A DNA stretch of 64,000 nucleotides from Steroidobacteraceae bacterium (GTDB lineage Bacteria; Pseudomonadota; Gammaproteobacteria; Steroidobacterales; Steroidobacteraceae), in the NCBI GenBank assembly GCA_045810105.1, contig JBJMWM010000026.1, positions 27,808 to 91,807 of the forward strand. Direction: 5' to 3'. The notes beneath the pieces are model-generated. The model searched no databases, was not told where the DNA came from, and was given only the letters and a program-made list of their open reading frames with translations. A program made the position numbers and the translations under genes. This document shows, piece after piece, positions 57,812 to 64,000 of the stretch (positions within the stretch are counted from its first letter, which is position 1; each line of letters starts with the position of its first letter).

Positions 57812-60247
57812 TCAAGGGACCCGAACTGTCACACCAACGCTCGGTACTCCCTTGGCATCGAGCGCAAACAGCATGTAGTAGCCCGGCAGCGCAATACCCG
57901 GATCGGCCGGTATAGTCAACGTGTACGTCGTGGCACTCGCTGCTGAAATGCTCAACGGGACCCGCCGCTGATCATTATTCACCGTATGAGTTGTTGCCGA
58001 TAGTCGCAGCAGGGCAAATTCTGTGACGACATTCTGTGTTGTTATGCTGATGCTGCTGCCGCGCTGCGCGGTGGGAGGGGCGGAACTGATGACTGGCCGC
58101 ACGGCTGCGCTGCCATCGGCGTTGAACAAATACGGCGGGCTGAGGATTTGGGCGTCCAGGTGGTTGTTCGGGCAGCCGACGCCGCACTGACCACCACCAC
58201 CCACGAAGACCCGCGCGTCCGGCAACAAAATGGCCGTGCTGTGATAGGTGCGTGGAACCTGCATCGGTACCAACATGTTGAACTGCTGTGTCCGCGGATT
58301 CCATATCTCAGGAACCAACACTCCATCCGTGTCGGTAAAGGGCTGCGGCAAGGTTTGCCCGCCGACGATCACTACTTCACCGTCGGGTAGTACGACCGCA
58401 TTGGCGAAAGCCCGCCGGTAGGTCATTCCGTTTAGCTGAGTAAGCTTGACGGGCTGCTTCGGACCTGCGGTGATATCAATGATGTAAGCCGAATTCGTGG
58501 CATAGGTGGGTGTGCTGGCATCCTGATTGTAGGAGCGCGAACCGCCCACCTTGAGGATCTTGCCGATGTCGTACAGCACCGCGTTGCCGTTGATGCTGAA
58601 CGGGTCCGAGCCCCGATTACCGGCGGATGTAATGGTGCCGGCGCCGGCTGTCGTGATCCAATTCATCTGGGCACTCGGACCTGCGTGGAAAACGGCGCCG
58701 TTGCTGGTAGCGAAGAGCCAGAGGTGGTTGTCACCACGATAAACCCCCTGGGGATCCGGTCCGATCACGTTGGTTTCCGGCACGCCGCTCAACACCGCCC
58801 AGCCAGTGGCCGATTTCCAGATCTCGGCCGTCTTGTTACCCCTGCCCCCGCTCCAGGACCCTCCCAGCGTGAACACGTCGCCAGTGGATAGCAGCGTGTC
58901 GCCCTCATAACCGCGCGGAATATTCATGCTCGCCGCGCTGGACCAAGCGTCTGCGATGGGGTCATACAGAGAAGTCTTGGGACTGCTCGAGCCGCCGTTG
59001 ATCAGGATCGTGCCGTTCGGCAGTACGGCCGTTCCCGGGCAGAACAGATCGGCACCGGTGACGGTCACCAGCACCTTGGTTGAAGTTCCGCTTGCCGGAT
59101 CGAAGCTTCCCGTGTAGGTCTGCCCGGCCGCGGTGTTGATATCGCTTTCGAAGGAGTACGGCGCGTAAGCCGACCACATCAGCAGCTTGCCACTGGGCAG
59201 ATTGGCAACGCCGATCGGGTTGACCGGCAAGGCAATCACGTCTGTCCACGTGGAGTTCAGAGTGGTGGCAACCGCCGACGGCGTGAACAGATCGAATTGA
59301 TCGTTGAGCGTCGTCGCCGGTTGACAGGGGTACTGGATGATCGGGGCGCCCGGGCTTTGCGAGTTTTTCGCGATGTTGACGCACTGCCCGCTGCTCGCCG
59401 AAATGATGTGATAGCTCGTGCCCACAGGCACGAGCTGCCATTGATCACTCGTGCCCGCTGATCCCTGACAGGTACTCTGAATGAGCTGTGTAGCCTGGAT
59501 GGTGGAGGCGCCGGGGACATTCAGGCATAGGCCGCTGAGCTTCGAGACTAAGTGGTAGTTGGAGCCGATGCGGCTCAGGACCCAGGTCTTATCGCTCTTG
59601 TCATCGCACACGGCCTGGACGAGGACGGCCGAGGGACTCTGGCTCGCATTACTGACAGCAACGCACTGCCCGCTGCTCAACGCGACAATCTCAGTGCTCG
59701 ACGGTTGGATCTGAGCCGCTATGCCGGGCATCTGCACGATCATCTGATCGTTGAGCACCGCGCTGCCCTGACAGGCCCACTCAACCACCCGCGCCCCGCT
59801 TGCCGCAGAGTTGCCTGAGATACTCACGCACAGTCCCGTCGCCACGGAAACCAGGTGAAAGCCGACGGCCTCGACAATCAGCTGCCATTGATCATTGAGC
59901 GCTGCGGGCTGGCATGGATACTGGATGAGCTGCGTGCCGGGCGTGCCGGAGCTGTGGGGTACATTCAGGCACATGCCGCTGTTCTGGGCAATGACGTGGT
60001 AGCCGGATCCCACTCGCACGAATGTCCAGACCGAACTGCTCTGGCCAGCGCAGGGAGTCTGCACGATGAGCGCGCCAGAGGTGGGGCTCGAATTCGCAAC
60101 GCTGACGCACATGCCACTGTTGGCGGCGACAATTGTCGAGGTGACACTTTGCGCGTGGGCGGGATGCGTCGCGCTGAAGCCCGCCAATACTAACGTTAGG
60201 GCGATGAGGATATCGCGCCAGAGCGGCTTGGGATCGCTGCGGATCAT
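57812..60247 (-). CDS. galactose-oxidase-type copper radical oxidase with two N-terminal ricin-B (beta-trefoil) lectin domains
   Basis: Signal peptide, then six QxW-type subrepeats (for example NSGMCLNV...NDQWQL). The catalytic part retains FCPG (crosslink Cys), RGY, GGSWSGG, RTYHS (Tyr-His ligands) and NNHLDAQ (His ligand). The C-terminal domain is ATHTVNNDQRRVPL...LPGYYMLFALDAKGVPSVGVTVRV. Confidence 0.85.
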   Translation of the reverse strand: MIRSDPKPLWRDILIALTLVLAGFSATHPAHAQSVTSTIVAANSGMCVSVANSSPTSGALIVQTPCAGQSSSVWTFVRVGSGYHVIAQNSGMCLNVPHSSGTPGTQLIQYPCQPAALNDQWQLIVEAVGFHLVSVATGLCVSISGNSAASGARVVEWACQGSAVLNDQMIVQMPGIAAQIQPSSTEIVALSSGQCVAVSNASQSPSAVLVQAVCDDKSDKTWVLSRIGSNYHLVSKLSGLCLNVPGASTIQATQLIQSTCQGSAGTSDQWQLVPVGTSYHIISASSGQCVNIAKNSQSPGAPIIQYPCQPATTLNDQFDLFTPSAVATTLNSTWTDVIALPVNPIGVANLPSGKLLMWSAYAPYSFESDINTAAGQTYTGSFDPASGTSTKVLVTVTGADLFCPGTAVLPNGTILINGGSSSPKTSLYDPIADAWSSAASMNIPRGYEGDTLLSTGDVFTLGGSWSGGRGNKTAEIWKSATGWAVLSGVPETNVIGPDPQGVYRGDNHLWLFATSNGAVFHAGPSAQMNWITTAGAGTITSAGNRGSDPFSINGNAVLYDIGKILKVGGSRSYNQDASTPTYATNSAYIIDITAGPKQPVKLTQLNGMTYRRAFANAVVLPDGEVVIVGGQTLPQPFTDTDGVLVPEIWNPRTQQFNMLVPMQVPRTYHSTAILLPDARVFVGGGGQCGVGCPNNHLDAQILSPPYLFNADGSAAVRPVISSAPPTAQRGSSISITTQNVVTEFALLRLSATTHTVNNDQRRVPLSISAASATTYTLTIPADPGIALPGYYMLFALDAKGVPSVGVTVRVP

Positions 60248-60573
60248 CTGATCCTCGCGAGTCTGCCTGTAATTTTGGAGTCAGAACTTAGCACGGAATG
60301 GCGTCCGCGCCAAACCCGCGCGCCGGCAGTCGGTCGTTGCGGTTGCAATCGATTCCCCGCGGCTCGGACGTGGGGCCCGCCGGCGCGCCCAGGCAGCTTG
60401 ACGGTCGGTTCGGGCTCGGTTCGGGCTCGGGGCACTCTTCGTCTATGACTCAGCATAGTGCCGATATACCACCTGGGCCATACGTATCATACGTAATCGC
60501 CGCGGGCCCGGATCGGCCTACACTGCGTAGCAGACCCTTGATAGCACGAGGCAGGTCTGCGGACCACGGGACA

Positions 60574-61368
60574 ATGAATACCGGCTCGACCGCTCACTCA
60601 CCCCGCCCCGATCCCGAGCAACTTCCGTTCGTCGCGCCATGTCACTGTATCGGGCCCTGGACCCCATTCCAATGGCTCCAACTCGGGTGGCAGGACATGA
60701 TTGCTGCATCACGAGAGAGCTTGTTCTACGGCCTGCTGTTCGCATTGCTTGGGGCCCTGCTCGCGGTGCTGACCTGGCGGCTTGGACTCCTGGCGCTGTA
60801 TGTCGGCCTCGCGAGTGGCTTTGTGTTCATCGGCCCCTTTCTCGCAATGGGCCTGTATTCGATCAGTTACCAGCGCGAACACGCCCACGACCCGACCCTC
60901 CTGTTCAGCCTTCAAGAAGGTCGAGCACACCTGCACGAAACGCTGGTGTTAGGGGTGTGCCTGCTCATTGTGCTGCTCGTGTGGGGACGGGCAGTTATGA
61001 TAATGAGCGTTTTTCTCCCGAGCGATGCGGTTCCCGCTTGGCATGCGCTCATTCCCTATCTGAGTATCGGGACCCTCGTAGGCGCGTTTTTCTGCGCGGT
61101 TGTGTTTGCCGCAACCGCCTTCTCACTGCCGATGCTCCTCGACCGTCGCGTCGACACCATTACCGCGGTAGTAACCAGCATTAACGCAACACTGCGGAAC
61201 AAACTCGCGATGCTCGTCTGGGCGTCAATCATAGTGACGGCCGTGCTGATCGGGTTCGCGACGATGTTTTTGGGTTTCATCGTAATTATGCCCCTCCTCG
61301 GTCATGCAACTTGGCATGCCTATCGTGGGACCATCGACGCCACCCCCTGGCCGGCAACCCATCCGTAA
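60574..61368 (+). CDS. DUF2189 family integral membrane protein
   Basis: The internal ATG 60574 gives a protein with about 5 TM helices. The conserved WLQLGWQDM...GFVFIGPFLAMGLY pattern is present. Confidence 0.7.
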   Translation: MNTGSTAHSPRPDPEQLPFVAPCHCIGPWTPFQWLQLGWQDMIAASRESLFYGLLFALLGALLAVLTWRLGLLALYVGLASGFVFIGPFLAMGLYSISYQREHAHDPTLLFSLQEGRAHLHETLVLGVCLLIVLLVWGRAVMIMSVFLPSDAVPAWHALIPYLSIGTLVGAFFCAVVFAATAFSLPMLLDRRVDTITAVVTSINATLRNKLAMLVWASIIVTAVLIGFATMFLGFIVIMPLLGHATWHAYRGTIDATPWPATHP

Positions 61369-61550
61369 AACGGCTGTCGTCGCCGGGCGTAATCGAACTG
61401 CCTCTACATTCGCCCTGCCCTGCCTGGATCGATGTGCGGTACCCCCTCGCAACACAGGCTTTGAGCGGTTATCCTCGGGCTTCATCCGCGCAATACCTGG
61501 TAGCAACTCGCTGAACCACGGGCATGAGAATTTGTGTTGGGCCAGAGACG

Positions 61551-61841
61551 ATGATGAACAGCAAGAGCAAATCCGACCCGCTGCATGAAATTCCGGCAGA
61601 TTTGTCCGAGGCCCTCGGCTCGCAAGCCACCACGCAGGCCGCCTGGAAGGATCTGACGCCGCTGGCGCGGAACGAATGGATCTGTTGGGTCATTTCGGCC
61701 AAACAGGCAGCGACGCGCAGCCGCCGGATCCAACGCGCGGTCGAGGAGCTCCAGGCGGGCAAGCGCCGCCCCTGTTGCTGGCCCGGCTGTCCGCATCGCC
61801 GGCCGAGCGCAAAGAAGTGGTTCGAGAGGCGAGCGCGCTGA
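61551..61841 (+). CDS. YdeI/OmpD-associated family protein
   Basis: IPADLSEALGSQATTQAAWKDLTPLARNEWICWVISAKQAATRSRRIQRAVEEL matches the YdeI C-terminal domain pattern. Confidence 0.65.
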   Translation: MMNSKSKSDPLHEIPADLSEALGSQATTQAAWKDLTPLARNEWICWVISAKQAATRSRRIQRAVEELQAGKRRPCCWPGCPHRRPSAKKWFERRAR

Positions 61842-61877
61842 CCACACCGAGGATAAAGCGGTTTGCGCCAAACGGCG

Positions 61878-63662
61878 TCACATCGAGGGCTGCCGTTTCG
61901 GCTTGAGCAACCCAAACTTCCGCAAACGATATTCCAACGCGGCCCGGCTCAACCCTACCGCACGCGCTGCGGCGGAAACGTTGCCTCGATGACGCTCCAG
62001 TGCGTCAGCCAACAGCCGCCGCTCGACTTCCGGTAGCGTCGGTTGCGTGTTCGCCGTGGGGGTGGGCGTGGCTCCGAGGCTGCGCCTGAGGGTGCCGGAC
62101 GGGCTGATTTCCATTGAACGTGCTTCCAGTTTCTCTCCATGCCGAAACATGTGCGTGACATCGATCAAGTCACCGGGCTCAGCAAAGACAACGCCGCGTT
62201 CAATGAGGTTCTGCATCTCGCGCACGTTGCCCGGGTAGTCATAGCTCAACAACGCCTCGATGGCACGGCGCGTAAAACCGCTCCGGGCGACTCGATGCTG
62301 GCGCGAATACAAGCGCAGGAAATGATCCATCAGCAACGGAATATCGTCCCGACGCTCGCGCAGGGGCGGCAAATCGATGGGAAATACGTTCAAGCGGAAA
62401 AACAGATCTTCGCGAAAGCGTCCGGCCGCAACTTCCTTGCGCAAATCCACATTGGTCGCGACGACGACGCGTACATCGACTTTCGTGGTGCGCGTGCTGC
62501 CAATACGCTCGATCTCGCGCTCCTGCAGCACTCGCAGCAACTTGCCCTGAGACACCGGGCTCAATGATGCGATTTCATCCAGAAACAGAGTGCCGCCCTG
62601 AGCGCGCTCGAAACGGCCAGCGCGCGAATGAGTTGCCCCTGTAAACGCGCCCTTCTCCACTCCAAATAGCTCGGCCTCCATCAAACTGTCCGGAATAGCG
62701 GCGCAATTGACGGCGATGAACGGCCGCGCACGGCGCGGACTCATTTCATGGAGCGTGTGCGCAAATAGTTCCTTACCGACGCCCGATTCCCCCGCCAGCA
62801 ACACTGTCGCGTCGGTCCGTGAGACACGTTCCAGCATGTGGCGTGCAGTGATGAAGCTGCCCGAGACGCCCACCACGTGATCCGATGCGAGATCATTGTC
62901 ATCGTTAGTGAGTTCCTTCACCTGGGGCACCGCAGCGCGCGGTGGCGGCTTGAGAGCCTGCAAATCGAACTTGTCGGCAGCATCGCCCCAAGCGTCGACA
63001 GGCTGCCCTATGCAACGGCAATACGGCGCCCCCATGGCGCGACACTCCACCTCGCGGAACAGAATGAGTTTGCCGAACAACCAGCTCGTGTAACCCGTCG
63101 GATATGCAATCTGCAGCCAGCACATGGGTTGATTGGCAACGGCATGTAACATCAGATGTTCGTCTGCTTCACTCGAGTCCCGCCACAGGAACTCGCCATA
63201 GTAGTGACCGGAATCTACGTCGTATTCGAACCGCACGGTCTCTGCTTTGACATAGCCCTCGATGGTGTGAATGCGCGGACCAGCACCCAGGTAGTGCGTG
63301 AGGTCCTTATCCGGCCATCGCTTGCGAATCAGCTGCGCGTCGCGTGCGCCTTGCGCGTAACCCACGCGAGAAAATACGCCGCGGGCCCGCTCCAGTCCGA
63401 CCAGGTCGATGAGCTCCTGGCGCAGCCGGCTCAGCGTGGCCGTCTGCATCAACACTATGCGTTGGTCGTTGAGCCAGGCCCGCCCATCTCCCGGCGAGAA
63501 ATAGATGCACTCTGCCAATTCCTCCAGAGTCGGCGTTGCCTGTTCTGCGAGCTCTTCGCTGCGGCCCCTATTGAGCATGCGTCCCGACTGCCGCGAGGCT
63601 TCTGCCAACGAGATCCGGTTGGGCATGGCCCCGGACGAGGCTTTTGGTTCCCTTGGTTTCAT
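61878..63662 (-). CDS. sigma-54-dependent transcriptional activator of the XylR/DmpR type (XylR_N + V4R sensor, AAA+, Fis HTH)
   Basis: AAA+ motifs [17 protein letters not shown] and Walker B LFLDEI. The N-terminal sensor [27 protein letters not shown]...[17 protein letters not shown] is XylR/DmpR-like. C-terminal [27 protein letters not shown] 63662. Confidence 0.9.
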   Translation of the reverse strand: MKPREPKASSGAMPNRISLAEASRQSGRMLNRGRSEELAEQATPTLEELAECIYFSPGDGRAWLNDQRIVLMQTATLSRLRQELIDLVGLERARGVFSRVGYAQGARDAQLIRKRWPDKDLTHYLGAGPRIHTIEGYVKAETVRFEYDVDSGHYYGEFLWRDSSEADEHLMLHAVANQPMCWLQIAYPTGYTSWLFGKLILFREVECRAMGAPYCRCIGQPVDAWGDAADKFDLQALKPPPRAAVPQVKELTNDDNDLASDHVVGVSGSFITARHMLERVSRTDATVLLAGESGVGKELFAHTLHEMSPRRARPFIAVNCAAIPDSLMEAELFGVEKGAFTGATHSRAGRFERAQGGTLFLDEIASLSPVSQGKLLRVLQEREIERIGSTRTTKVDVRVVVATNVDLRKEVAAGRFREDLFFRLNVFPIDLPPLRERRDDIPLLMDHFLRLYSRQHRVARSGFTRRAIEALLSYDYPGNVREMQNLIERGVVFAEPGDLIDVTHMFRHGEKLEARSMEISPSGTLRRSLGATPTPTANTQPTLPEVERRLLADALERHRGNVSAAARAVGLSRAALEYRLRKFGLLKPKRQPSM

Positions 63663-63788
63663 CAAATGAGTATATCAGCTCAGATGCTTCATCAAGTCAT
63701 GAAATCGAGGCGACCACAGACAGCCCCGCCCAAGATGTAACTCATTGTTCTTGCGCATTGTTGTATTGGCATCCGCAATTTAGCTATT

Positions 63789-63804
63789 TGGCATAGCTAT
63801 TGCT
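63789..63804 (+). promoter_or_regulatory. sigma-54 (-24/-12) promoter TGGCAT-N5-TTGCT
   Basis: The GG and GC dinucleotides have the exact canonical spacing. It lies 76 bp upstream of ATG 63880 and is divergent from the sigma-54 activator gene. Confidence 0.65.
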
Positions 63805-63879
63805 CCGTTTTTAGGCGCGCCGCATGAAAAACACATAGCCGGCGCCGCTGAACAAACCGGAATATTGAGGGGGACCCGA

Positions 63880-64000
63880 ATGAAAGTCTTGCATCGATTG
63901 CGTGACCGCCGTGTAGCTACGTTCTGCGGATGCACGTTGCTGAGCATGCCCGTAACGGCAACCTTCGCTGCCGACGATGAAGCGCCGACGCTCCAGGAAG
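63880..64000 (+). CDS. probable TonB-dependent receptor, 5' fragment (runs off window)
   Basis: A GAGGGGGA Shine-Dalgarno precedes the ATG. MKVLHRLRDRRVATFCGCTLLSMPVTATFAADDEAPTLQE looks like a signal peptide followed by the start of the LQEV... TonB-box region. Only 40 codons are visible. Confidence 0.45.
   Translation, partial: MKVLHRLRDRRVATFCGCTLLSMPVTATFAADDEAPTLQE

Noticed and set aside
1-64000. Mobile elements, prophage, defence islands, tRNA or rRNA genes
   Set aside because: Reading all ORF translations, I found no transposase, integrase, recombinase, phage structural, restriction-modification, toxin-antitoxin (beyond one weak HicB-like hint) or cas signatures. No intergenic stretch looked like a tRNA cloverleaf. 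Absence is based on inspection by eye only.

Overview
High-GC (roughly 65 %) proteobacterial chromosomal segment with about 55 protein genes. I recognised no rRNA, tRNA, CRISPR array, transposase or integrase. Layout: (1) 1-5.7 kb housekeeping genes (XRE-cupin regulator, zwf, aldo-keto reductase, DUF2277, Sir2 deacylase). (2) 5.7-14.2 kb, minus strand: a complete 2-aminoethylphosphonate (AEP) synthesis, nucleotidyl-activation and CDP-alcohol-type transfer operon ending in an Omp85-like barrel. (3) 14.3-22.2 kb, directly upstream on the same strand: an isoprenoid/hopanoid operon (idi, hpnH, ispA, sqs, shc, hpnG, hpnA). (4) 22.4-24.1 kb: an RcnR-type dmeR-dmeF Ni/Co efflux operon with a textbook G-tract operator. 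(5) 24.7-45.9 kb: a xylose/xylan-type locus under a LacI-family regulator. It holds an SASA esterase, a secreted PD40-VOC fusion, and a TonB-dependent receptor followed by halogenase-like, SapC, JmjC-cupin, TPR-GT41 and second halogenase-like genes, then xylA, xylB and a Gfo/Idh/MocA oxidoreductase. (6) 45.9-64 kb: a 13/14-bp VNTR, a pseudokinase-TonB_C protein, nhaA, CHRD, DUF711, a membrane spermidine-synthase-like pair, a hydantoinase, a fungal-type galactose oxidase homologue in an operon with cytochrome c and Sco, and a XylR/DmpR-type sigma-54 activator divergent from a -24/-12 promoter. Most interesting are the physical joining of the phosphonate head-group operon to the hopanoid operon, the duplicated promoter-operator module with an orphan terminator upstream of the receptor, the uncharacterised halogenase/SapC/cupin/GT41 set inside the xylose regulon, and the galactose-oxidase/cytochrome c/Sco operon. 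All functional calls rest on motif recognition by eye, and no database search was possible.
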